Source: Octopus bimaculoides
Taxonomy: Eukaryota
Reading direction: 5' to 3'
Assembly: GCF_001194135.2 (NCBI RefSeq)
Contig: NC_068988.1
Coordinates: forward strand, 29,000,146-29,048,421
DNA: 48,276 nucleotides
The notes below the pieces were generated by a model. The model did no database searches, was not told where the DNA came from, and was given only the letters and a program-made list of their open reading frames with translations. This document shows, piece after piece, positions 26,117 to 37,297 of this stretch (position 1 is the stretch's first letter; each line of letters opens with the position of its first letter). Made by a program: the position numbers and the translations under genes.

Positions 26117-26210
26117 CTTCCCTGAAGACGGTGGCTGGTGGTATTCGATGATGGAATCAATTTGCAATTATTATTTTGGACCACCAAGCCCCCAGAAACA
26201 GCTGTTGGGC
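26117..26210 (+). ncRNA. Hammerhead-like motif with extended stem II, probably from a Penelope terminal repeat
   Basis: CTGAAGA (26122-26128). Imperfect stem II includes TGGTGGT/ACCACCA. GAAAC AGCT GTT has palindromic AACAGCTGTT. Stem I is only about 3 bp (TCC/GGG). Confidence 0.55.
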
Positions 26211-26370
26211 GTATATTCTATGCATTAGACGTATTTAATATTTTTTGTATATAGACTTGTTTAACTAGCTTGTCCTTGCGTTTACTCCTTTACCTGTTCA
26301 AGTTTAAATCTCTTGAGCACTACGAAGTGTACGCTATACAGAGAATACTTGTCTCTAATCTATCTATCTT

Positions 26371-26421
<51 letters not shown>

Positions 26422-26699
26422 CGTTGCTCACACGTGACCATCGTCCATCTTTCCTTTCCTCACGTGACCATCTTTCCTTTCCTGCACGGACGTTCAGAGG
26501 ATTGGACGTTTTTCTCTCTCTTCTATCTCTTCTCTTTTCAGAGAAAATATTTCTCCCAGCGTTCACTATTTTCCTCTCATTGTGGTCTAACGACCCCCCA
26601 TGCTTGTTTTCGTTCAGTTTCCTTGTATGTCTCCACTGTTCTGTTTTGTTCCCAACTTTGACCCTGTATAAATCCTAAATTTTATTTTAGAATCTATGG

Positions 26700-26895
26700 G
26701 AGCAACTGTCTATGAAGACGCATATTGTCGTTGAATGCTCGAAATGAGGAGTAGATAGACAGCCGACAACTGATGAAGGGTCATTTTTCTGCGTTTACTT
26801 GCTTGTTTTCTATTTTTCTCTCTCGTTGTTTACGTATTTAACTCGCTTGTCTACGTATCTCATGTTGTTTACACAGTTGGTGACGTCCTGTACCC
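26700..26895 (+). repeat. Dispersed repeat resembling a Penelope terminal repeat; other copies at 5640-5860(-) and 34190-34350(+)
   Basis: Shared blocks ctga(t/a)gaagg..ttct(c/t)tatgt..(g/a)a(t/c)gtcctgt(a/g)ccc in all three copies. The PLE assignment is inference. Confidence 0.55.
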
Positions 26896-26904
26896 ATACA
26901 TACA

Positions 26905-26937
<33 letters not shown>

Positions 26938-26947
26938 TATTTATTAT

Positions 26948-26981
<34 letters not shown>

Positions 26982-28090
26982 NNNNNNNNNNNNNNNNNNN
27001 NNNNNNNNNNNNNNNNNNNNNNNNNNNNNNNNNNNNNNNNNNNNNNNNNNNNNNNNNNNNNNNNNNNNNNNNNNNNNNNNNNNNNNNNNNNNNNNNNNNN
27101 NNNNNNNNNNNNNNNNNNNNNNNNNNNNNNNNNNNNNNNNNNNNNNNNNNNNNNNNTATACTTTTTCTGAAAGAAAGTAACTTCTAGCCTGTTGATTTTT
27201 ATTTCAGAGATCGTCTCGGTGACATTCCTTACTTAAATGTAATTGCATCAGAATAACTTTATATATTTGAACAATTCGATATAAGATTATTCTCTTTTTA
27301 CAGAAACGGAATAGAATTTCTCGAAGTGACAACGTCGTGTTATGAAATCCGATAAAATCAATATTTAGCATTTCTTTATTGTTATTTAATCAGGGAAAAG
27401 CACAAAATTAGCAGAACCAGTACAGTAAGGGACAAAAGGTTCTGCGGTTTTGTGTCGACGTCCCCAGACGATGAAGTAGGCTAGCCCAATACGTAGATAT
27501 ATTGGGAGAAGTCTAGACGTAGTAGTAGTTGAGTAGAGGTCATTCGAACGTGCGATATAACAGTGGCGACGAGGATTTCGTAGCTCAACACAGCCACTGT
27601 GTAGTATTGTGATATAACAGGTTTTTACGCTAATTACTCCCTTTAAAGTTATAAGTTCAATCTCACCATGATCCACATTGCCTTTCATTTATATTCGATA
27701 AAACAATGTGCTAATCAAGTTCTGAAGATCGATCACATCTATGATATTCTCCAACTGTCGGAGTATTGAAGTATTGAATCCATGGTAGAATTCATTCTTT
27801 ATTTAGTGACGATGGTGTGGACGGCCTGGGGCTATAGTAAAAGACACTCGTCCAAGGTGCTGCGCATTGAGACCGAACTCGAAACTACGTGGTTGCAAAG
27901 CGAACTCCTTAACAACATAACAATGTATATTATATAATATCTAGTCCTACGTTCTCTTGTCATATCAAGTATATCATATGCATAACACTTGCCTTTACAC
28001 AGAATTTCATTTTGACGAACACAACTATCCACTGTGTTCAACTAAAAATACCGCCATTTTTCATTTCTATAATTTTCTGTTTATTGACAG

Positions 28091-28253
28091 GACTGTTAGG
28101 AGTTTTCGGAAATGGCATTGTACTATCCATGTTCTCTATATACAAAGCATTGAGAACACCGACCAATATGTTGTTTATTAATCTGGCTGTTAATGACATT
28201 GGGATGTGTCTTTGTCTCTTCCCAATTGCAGGGATATCAAGTTTTAAACGAGT
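28091..28253 (+). CDS. RRH: Internal coding exon (probably exon 2; TM1-ICL1-TM2) of a peropsin-like Group-4 opsin GPCR
   Basis: Acceptor ttattgacAG (28089-28090) and donor GTAAGT (28254-28259). Translation (G)LLGVFGNGIVLSMFSIYKALRTPTNMLFINLAVNDIGMCLCLFPIAGISSFKR(V) has the class A GN and LRTPTN..NLAVxD motifs and resembles human RRH (KELRTPTN..NLAVTDIG, recalled). Starts phase 1, ends phase 2. Confidence 0.85.
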
Positions 28254-29365
28254 GTAAGTTTTTGCATGTTTTCCTTATTCTCTCTCACCATTTTTGTCTT
28301 ATATGACTTCTCTTATAGTCACACATCTGTGACTTATATGACCTCTCATTCTGTTTCTTTTTTGTTTCACTTTTTGTCTCAATTCCCTTTTTTTTATAAT
28401 TGACTTTATCCGTACATCAACGTCTAACGGTACAAATATACCCAGAACGCACATGAGCCACTTGGCACAGCAGTTTTGGCGCCGCCTGTTTGGCATCATT
28501 GAGTCGACGCTGACCTATTCGACATCACACGTATTAATATTTCGTTTCCTCTCCTTCTCTCTCTCTCTCTTTCTCTCTCCCTTCTCTGTCTCTCACTCTC
28601 TGTATGTGTTTATGCATGTAAGCGTACTTCTCTATTTGGGAGAAAAAGTGTTTATGTCAGTCGTGTTCAATTAATCATTATATCGTTTCTCTTCCTTTTC
28701 TCTCTCTCTCACTCTTTCTATTTCTATGTATATATTACTGCGTGTGTGCCTGTATGTCAGCGTGTTTTTGTATGTATATCTCTTTGTATATGTGTGCGTG
28801 CGTGTGTGTGTGTGTGTGTGTGTGTGCGTGCGTGCGTGCGTGTTTGTCTGTCTCTGATGCCAAAATGTACTGTCGCCGTCCAGTCAGCCGTGCCAAATGA
28901 TCTCATTCAGAGTCATATAGCAACGTGTGGTCCTAGCAATATGAGGGAAGAATACGAAGACCAGCTACAGCTGAATGCAGTAATTCTCTTTAACAAGCTG
29001 CTGCAGGACATTTATACAACTAGGAAGGTGGAAGCCAGCGGAAGTGCGACTCTGGTGACAATAATAATGGTGAACCATTTGAAATTTTATGATTCTTAGT
29101 GGACTCCATTATGGACCGAATAAAAATTCATAGACTTGCTCTTAAAGGAATAATTACAATACAATTATTGTAAAAAAAAAAACAGCAAAAAACTGGCAAT
29201 CCTTGTAGTAATGGAAATAAGCATTTAGGAAACTGTTACAATATCTTTTATGTTTTACTTATTTCAGTCCTTGGGCTGCGGCCATACTGGAGCAAGGCCT
29301 TGTAATGGTTAGTCGAACAAAACGATTCCATATCACGAAATGATAGTTTGGAAACTGATTCTGAT

Positions 29366-29579
29366 TATTCTTTTACTTTTATTCTTTTATTTGTTTCAAT
29401 TATTTGACTGTGGCCATGCTGGAGCACCGCCTTTAGTCGAGCAAATCGACCCCAGGACTTATTCTTTGTAAGCCTAGTACTTATTATATCGGTTTCATTT
29501 GTCGAACCGGTATGTGACGGACACGTAAACACACCAGCATCGGTTGTCAAGCGATGTTGGGGGGACAAACACAGGCACA

Positions 29580-29616
<37 letters not shown>

Positions 29617-29736
29617 GTATGTATATATATATATATATGACGGGTTTCTTTCAGTTTCCGCGTACCAAATCCACTCGCAAGGCTTTAGTCGGCCCGAGGC
29701 TACAGTAGGAGACACTTGCCCAAGGTGCCACGCAGT
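29366..29736 (-). mobile_element. SINE family A copy, head truncated, in opsin intron
   Basis: High similarity to 32728-33123. Confidence 0.85.
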
Positions 29737-29975
29737 AGATGGCAAAATGGTAATCGAGATGAACTGAGATCTTCAGATGAAGAAATGAAGCAGCTAATTC
29801 GCATGTCAGAAATACAATCTGTAAGTGGAACAGTAAAAATATGGAAGACTTTTATCAAGTTTAAAATATGACATTGTTTTTGTTATCTATATTCCAACGA
29901 TGGAGCTTTGTGTCTTTGTTAGAAACCAGAGGAAGATTTCAAATAATTAAAAACAGAAGAGAACCTACAAACATA

Positions 29976-30191
29976 CGAGGGGGTGCTGAAAAGTTCTTGG
30001 CTTTAAGGGTGTCGCGAAAGACCTTGCTGGAGGCCCAACCTTCCGAGTACTTTTACAGGGCTTAGAAAAATTAAAAGACCCCTGCAATAAGTGTGTGAAT
30101 CTGATAGAGGAGTATGTTGAATAAAATCATAATTAACTAATCCTCCTGTATTTCTTTTACCCAAAGCCAGGAACTTTTCAGCACCCCCTCG
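29976..30191 (+). mobile_element. 216-bp mariner-derived MITE with TIRs and TA duplication
   Basis: TA-cgagggggtgctgaaaagttcttggcttt ... aaagccaggaacttttcagcaccccctcg-TA (one mismatch in about 29 bp). Interior retains the mariner C-terminus LQGLEKLKDPCNKCVNLIEEYVE*. Confidence 0.9.
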
Positions 30192-30282
30192 TAGATGAAA
30201 AGAAAGTAGATGATATATAAAATGTATATTTTCTAGAAAATGCCATGTGTACGGTAACACTTTTCTTTCTCATCTTTTTCAG

Positions 30283-30410
30283 GTGGATCTTTGGTACAAC
30301 TGGTTGTCAGTGGTATGGCTTCACAGGGATGTTGTTCGGACTAGCAAATATTGGCTTTCTCACAGCTATCAGTGTAGATCGATATTTGATCACTTGTAAA
30401 TACTATATTT
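30283..30410 (+). CDS. RRH: Next coding exon (probably exon 3; ECL1-TM3-DRY) of the same peropsin-like opsin
   Basis: Polypyrimidine tract ttttctttctcatctttttcAG (AG 30281-30282) and donor GTAAGT at 30411. The phase-2 start joins the previous exon in frame (GT+G = Val). Translation WIFGTTGCQWYGFTGMLFGLANIGFLTAISVDRYLITCKYYI has the ECL1 WxFGxxGC, Tyr at the bovine-113 equivalent and a DRY motif. Ends phase 1. Opsin versus other class A GPCR cannot be settled without TM7. Confidence 0.85.
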
Positions 30411-31532
30411 GTAAGTATCATGTATTGTTTCAACAATCTTGTGTTACTTTAGCACAAATATTGCCTGACAAACACCACACCCAAATATAAGCTTATGAAT
30501 ATGTAGTATAAACACCCCCACTACCATGCCGAATAACCCTCCTTCAAGACTATAAATCTTAAATACACCCTTCCTACTTATGTCGTAGTGATGTCCCCTC
30601 TTATAAAACCTCTTTAATTTGTTTTGATTTGGCAAAGTCATCCTGCGACCAGCAATGATCGGGCAATCACAAAATATGCACATTCGGTGGATTTTAAATG
30701 ATTTCTAAATGTTTCTTAAATGTTTTTTAAATGTCCTTAACAGTATAGTTTGTGTGTTCATCTGAAGAAAACAATTTTTATAATAATATAATGTACTCAC
30801 TGATGAATTTAAAAAAGTTCGTTGGAAACGGCTGTAACGAATCAACACCTATCCAGCCTTTGTTATGTACTTATTCATAATTCACCTCTCTCAGAACCTG
30901 TTCCCCGCGTATTCCGAAATATATTATGGACCATAAAGTTAATACTACATGAGTTTCTGAATTAACCCAAGGGCTGATGATATACTCAGTCGGTTTCAGT
31001 TGAATGTATGCATACCCTGAATATCTTTCTGCCTGTACTTCGGTACCAGTGTTTGTATTCGTCTGCCTACCTGTCTGCCTGCCTGTCTGCCTGTCTGCCT
31101 GTCTACCTGCCTGTCTGTCTACCTACCTACCTACCTACCTACCTACCTACCTACCTACCTACCTACCTACCTACCTGTCTATCTATCTATCTATCTATCT
31201 ATCCATCTATCTATCTATCTATCCATCTATCTATCTATCTATCCATCCATCTATCTATCTATCTATCTATCTACACGTATATACCTACATGGTTGTGTGT
31301 GTAGGCAAGCGAATATAGTTTGCTCTCCTGTACACTATTCGTATATCTGAAACACGCCATCCATCTAGTAAACATGTTTATGTTCAGTTTTGTTATTTTT
31401 TATTTGGTGAATCTCATATTCGCTCTCATCTCTGATATTATCTCGACATATTCTCATACGCAAGCCAATACCACTACGTTCATAACAAACATTTATCCAA
31501 ACACTTACAAATACTTACATAGCACCTCCTAT

Positions 31533-31638
<106 letters not shown>

Positions 31639-31752
31639 ACACACACACATACACGTGTGTGTGTGTGTAATATACATATATATGTGTAAACATACACATG
31701 CTTTCTAACACGCACACACATGTATATTATACACGGACATACAAATTCATAA

Positions 31753-31790
31753 GACAGTCATCTGGTTTCGCCTTCGGCTCATCAGGTTTT
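31753..31790 (-). ncRNA. Hammerhead core motif lacking a good stem I
   Basis: CTGATGA GCC GAA GGC GAAAC CAG ATGA CTG TC: perfect core and stem II, stem III with one bulge, poor stem I. Confidence 0.45.
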
Positions 31791-31990
31791 GCCAGTATAC
31801 CTACATAAATGCATACATACATGCGTCTACGCAAACTCACATATACATACATACATACATACATACATACATACATACATACATACATACAAAACATTCC
31901 ACAAACATTATATTATAGTTTTCTCTTTTATGATAGTGGCAGCAGCTGTTCTTACCAGCCAGCAGATAAAATCACACACCCAAACGCACG

Positions 31991-32047
<57 letters not shown>

Positions 32048-32727
32048 ATGTACAAACGAGCATAGATGTGGCCAATATCATTTATTCATTCCGAGTGGGT
32101 GAATTAATCTGTCTCCGCTCCGAACGGTTTGTCTCTCGGTAGCGCTCATTCAGGCGCCTAAGTCGTTAATTTATGTGTGTGTATATATATATTTGTATAT
32201 ATATGAGAGTGAGTGAGTATGTGTGTGTGTGTGTGTACATATGTATACGTATGCGTGTATATCCATGTGCGTATGTATGCACGTATGCGTATTCACGTAT
32301 ATATAAGAAACGAGGTGTTGTATATACGATGAAAAATATTTCTTGTGTAAATGTTATTAGTTGAGAACAGAAGATTTTATTAACGGATTTTTTTTCTCAA
32401 GTAATGATATATACAATTACAGGATCCCTTTAAACATGTCTCACTCACTAGATGCTCCAAGGGGGCGGGCGAGGGTTAATTTCCAAAACATGAGGGCTGA
32501 TGTTTAACTGGCTACTATAATTAGTGTAATATTTTTGTCAATACAAAATTAGTATACCTTAAAAGTCATGATATCTAGACGGTTATTCTTTCCTCTCTAC
32601 TACAAATCCCTTTACCGACTATATCTTGTTTATAGCAAAATAGCTTCTGATAGCCTCAAGCTAAGTGATTCTTTGAGGGGCGATAAATTTGACGGTAATA
32701 TACTTTAAAATATGTACATTTATATAC

Positions 32728-32933
32728 TATTTTACTTGGTTCAGTCATTTGCTGGAGCACCGCCTTTTATCGAGCAAATCGACCCCAGGACTCAGTCTTT
32801 GGAAGCCTAGTACTTATTCTATCGGTCTTTTTTGCCGAACCGCTAAGTTACGGGGACGTAAACACACCAGCATTGGTTGTCAAGCGATGTTGGGGGGACA
32901 AACACAGACACACTAACATATACACAAACATAC

Positions 32934-32964
<31 letters not shown>

Positions 32965-33123
32965 CGACGGGCTTCTTTCAGTTTCCGTCTACCAAATCCA
33001 CTCACAAGGCTTTGGTCGGCCCGAGGCTATAGTAGAAGTCACTTGCTGAAGGTGCCACGCAGTGGGACTGAACCCGGAACCATGTGGTTGGTAAGCAAGC
33101 TACTTACCACACAGTCACTCCTA
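32728..33123 (-). mobile_element. SINE family A copy, full length
   Basis: Head (minus) ggagtgactgtgtggtaagtagcttgcttaccaaccacatggttccgggttcagtccc; A and B boxes visible. Confidence 0.9.
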
Positions 33124-34597
33124 CGCGTAAATTTAAAGAAGGTTAGTAATTCCATCCGCCCAATCATCCTTCTATCTTAGCCTTCTACCCTGGGAAAGTT
33201 TGTGGGCTAAAATCCTATGAGAAACAACCTTCATTATATTTACCGGCTTGATTCCCAAGCGTGACCAACTGATAGTATGGGTATAATTCATCACGTTCTA
33301 GGTTTACCCCTAAGCACTCCAGTTGGGGATCTGGCTATCAGGTAACACAGCAATTAAATTTAGGGTGCAATTTAACTTGACTACGCGCCTGAAAGGCGGT
33401 GGACTGGTAGAATGGTTAATGTCTTACTCAGTATGTCTGATTGTCTGTCTCTATCTGTCTGTCTGTCTGTCTCTGTCTGTCTGTCTGTCTCTGTCTGTCT
33501 GTCTGTCTGTCTCTGTCTGTCTCTCTCTCTCTCTCCCTCTCTCTGTATCTCTATGCTATATTTGTGTGCGTGCGTGCATATTTGTCTCCAGCTCCAAGAC
33601 GTACTGTCGCCAGACATGTTGAAAATTCAACCGGCCATGCGAAATGATCCCGTGTCCAAGCAACCGTGTCCCAGAATCTCATTCCCTACTCAAAACGTTA
33701 GATTTCTTTTCTTCTTTTAGAAAACTAATTTATCCTACTCCTGAACTGCTTACGCTCACTAATTGCAGACACAGCACGTTACAAGTATTTTTGGATCCGT
33801 TTGTTTACTTCGAACATTGTATGTTTACAGGAAAAAATGAAATCTTCAAACTATTATACACACATCAAAACTTGTTATTACCAGATATACCCACATACAC
33901 ACACTCCACAGACATATATAAATATATGAACATACGTGTATATATGTGTGTATGTATGTGTGTGCGTATGTATGTATGTATGTGTGCGTAAGGTAGGAAA
34001 GTGTGGGAGTGATGTCTGGGAGAAAAGTGAAACTTTTGGTGCATGACCAAATGTCATAATGTTTTTCTCTTTGATCTCAAAATACAAAATTTACTTTTCA
34101 TTTTCTTTACATTATGTCCTTTTTTTTTTTTTTCAGTCTCTGAGCAAAATCTAATTTTCTCATGATTTATAATTTGTATATATTTTATATCTCTTCGAAA
34201 CGCCGGTGTTAAAACGGGGGTAGCTGATGAAGGAGAATGTTCTCTATGTGGCTTGTGTGTTTTCTCGTCTACGTTTTGTTTGCAATGTCCTGTGCCCAGA
34301 TATGCACCTATACATACAGGTGGATGTCGGTATGCACATACCTGTACGTATATATGCATATACTCATTTACTATTTGTTTTTATATGTATATATATATAT
34401 ATATATATATGTGTATATATATTTTCTTGGTAGTAATCAAAATTATGTGATATACGAGTTACGTCTATACGGTGCTTCATAATTGTTTTACAAGTATATA
34501 TATAAACACCCTTCGCTCGTGTGTCTAAGAATATATTATATTTTCAATTAAAAACAAATAATTATTAGGAAAATAAATAAACATGAAATAGAGAATA

Positions 34598-34806
34598 TAT
34601 TCTTTTATTCTTTTACTTGTTTCAGTCATTTGACTGCGGCCATGCTGGAGCATCGCCTTTAGTCGAGCAAATCGACACGAGGACTTATTCCATCGGCCTC
34701 TTTTGCCGAACCGCTAAGTCACAGGGACGTAAACACACCAATACCTGTTGTCAAGCGATGTTGGGGGGACAAACACACACGCACACCTACCTACATAATA
34801 TATATA
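34598..34806 (-). mobile_element. SINE family A, 3' half, broken by a gap at its internal microsatellite
   Basis: Matches 32728-32950. Confidence 0.85.
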
Positions 34807-35001
34807 NNNNNNNNNNNNNNNNNNNNNNNNNNNNNNNNNNNNNNNNNNNNNNNNNNNNNNNNNNNNNNNNNNNNNNNNNNNNNNNNNNNNNNNNNNNNNN
34901 NNNNNNNNNNNNNNNNNNNNNNNNNNNNNNNNNNNNNNNNNNNNNNNNNNNNNNNNNNNNNNNNNNNNNNNNNNNNNNNNNNNNNNNNNNNNNNNNNNNN
35001 N

Positions 35002-35059
<58 letters not shown>

Positions 35060-35691
35060 GGAGAAAACGGTTGGGCTGAGAGTTGTAAATACTTCATGCG
35101 AAATAACGAAATGCAATCCTTATAAGGCCTCAAGACATATATTTATTAGATTTCTTACAAATGAAAATTTAACTCTTTCCTAATAATACATTTGCAACAC
35201 GTTCCATTATCCCTCAAACAGCCGGTTTTCAGCTTTGCTTTGCATGCTATAAATCGTGTAAGAAAGGTATATTATTCTTAATTGGAGGGGAGCGACGTGG
35301 TAGAATCATTAGCGATTCGGAGAAAATGCCTCGCGGAATTTCTTCTAGCTTTTTATCCTCGAGGCCCAAATTCCGACAAGGTCGACTGTTCCATTTTCTT
35401 TTCCGGGTCGATAAAATAGATAGTTTAAAACTGGGACCGATGTAATCGACTGATATCATCCCTTAAAATTCCTGGCTTTGTTCCAAACTTTGAAACTATA
35501 TTGATATAAGACATCCGTTTATCGCAGGTAATATGATCGGATGATCTCGAATATCGGTTTATAGAAAGGGCGTGGGATACAGAGTTACTCTCCAAAGAGT
35601 ACGAAACTCCTGCTGGGATTCGAGACACTTCACCAATAAGCTTACACAACAATGCTTCACCCACTCAGCTATCTCACCTAGATTAACCATT

Positions 35692-36082
35692 ATCTTTTAT
35701 TTGTTTCAATCATTAGACTGCGGCCATACTAGGGCACCACTTTGTAGAATTTTTAGTCCAATGAATCGATTCCAGTACTTATTACATTTTGTATGAAGCC
35801 CGGTACTTATTCTGTCGGTGTCTTTTACAGAACCGCTAAGTTATGGAGACATAGACACGCCAACACGGGTTGTCAAACGATGCTGGGGACAAACACAAAG
35901 ACACACACACACACCAACACACGATGGGCTTCCTTCAGTTTCCGTCAGCCAAATCCACTCACAAAGCTTTGGTCGGTCCGACGCTATAGTAGAAGATATT
36001 TGTCCAAGGTGCCACGCAGTGAGACTGAACCCGGGACCATGTGGATGGGAAGCAAACATTTTACCACCCAACAACGCCTGGG
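35692..36082 (-). mobile_element. SINE family A copy, more diverged
   Basis: Same block order as 32728-33123. Confidence 0.85.
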
Positions 36083-36563
36083 TGGTATAAATTGAAATAC
36101 GATTAGTCTTTGTTAAAAATAATGACATTTTTTAGTATTATATATATCTCATTTATCATACCTTTAAACGAAATTTTATCAAATATATTCTTTGGTCTTT
36201 GAGATGTGTTTGAAAAAAAAGTCTTCAAAAGGTTCGACAGATTGATCCTTTATATGAAATTTGTTAATTCGATTTTTCAATTTAAGATTGCCCATGAATG
36301 AAAAATGAACTATCTTTATTTTGAAAATTTCTTTGAAAATTTTTTCTTTTATTTCTTTCCTCTTTTGTACAATGAAATGTGCGTTTAGAATATTTTCCCA
36401 GTTTTATGTATTCTAGATTTGCATTGTTTTGTTTTTATTTTTCTGTTCAGATATTTTATATTAATTATTAGTTATATATTAGTTATTCTCTGTTGCTGGA
36501 GAGAGATGAAATATAAAACAAGACGTCATCGTTAAAGATGTATGTACATATGCATGACCATAA

Positions 36564-36595
<32 letters not shown>

Positions 36596-36897
36596 GATGT
36601 ATGTGTGTGTGTGTACCTATGCATACATTCATATTTACTTACAAGTACACATAATCAGATATAATCAATGTATATTTAAACAGATACTAATTCTATAGAT
36701 TGAAAGGAAAACGGTATGTTTTTTTTCCTTCCTCGGCACAAAAGTCTCATTAATTTTGATGATGTAAAGAAGTTAATGAGATGTGTCAGGTTCATCTATC
36801 GCGGGATGCCACAAACGACTTTTCTTAAAATTATAACTGATGTTTCACTAAAGACTAAGTTTTCGGAAATAGGTTTGTATTACATTCCTGGTAATAA

Positions 36898-37297
36898 TGG
36901 TTTCAAATTCTGGCACAAGGCTAGCAGTTTCTGGAGAGGAATTTAATCATTTACTTCAACCTCAGTACTTGTCTGGTACGTTATGTTATCGACTCGAAAA
37001 GGATGAAAGGCAAAGATGACCGGTAGAATTTGAACTCAGAACGTCGGAAGAAATGCCGCTAAGCATTTTGTCCGATGTGCTAACGATAACGTCAAATCGC
37101 CGCCTTCATTCCTGGAAATGTTTCATATTGTTTCAAATTTTTGCTAAATGGCCAACATTTTTAAGGGTGGGGTAAGTCGATTTTATTGATCCCAGTGTTT
37201 AACTGGTACTCACTTATTTTATCGATCCTGAAAGGATGAAATGTTAAGTCAACTCCGGTGAAATTTGAACTCAGAAGAAATTTGAACGGCCGGAAGC
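36898..37297 (-). mobile_element. Two adjacent diverged SINE family B copies. Others at 1640-1893(-), 7267-7340(-), 15490-15570(-), 16111-16226(-), 35285-35498(+), 42996-43240(-) and 46760-46912(-)
   Basis: Recurring ggatgaaaggcaaag..gaatttgaactcagaa block. Confidence 0.78.

Noticed and set aside
27386-27688. 100-aa minus-strand ORF
   Set aside because: No recognisable motif and no splice support; length is within chance expectation.
28940-29120. Possible Tc1-like C-terminus (..NNGEPFEIL*)
   Set aside because: Only a few residues match and no terminal repeat was identified.
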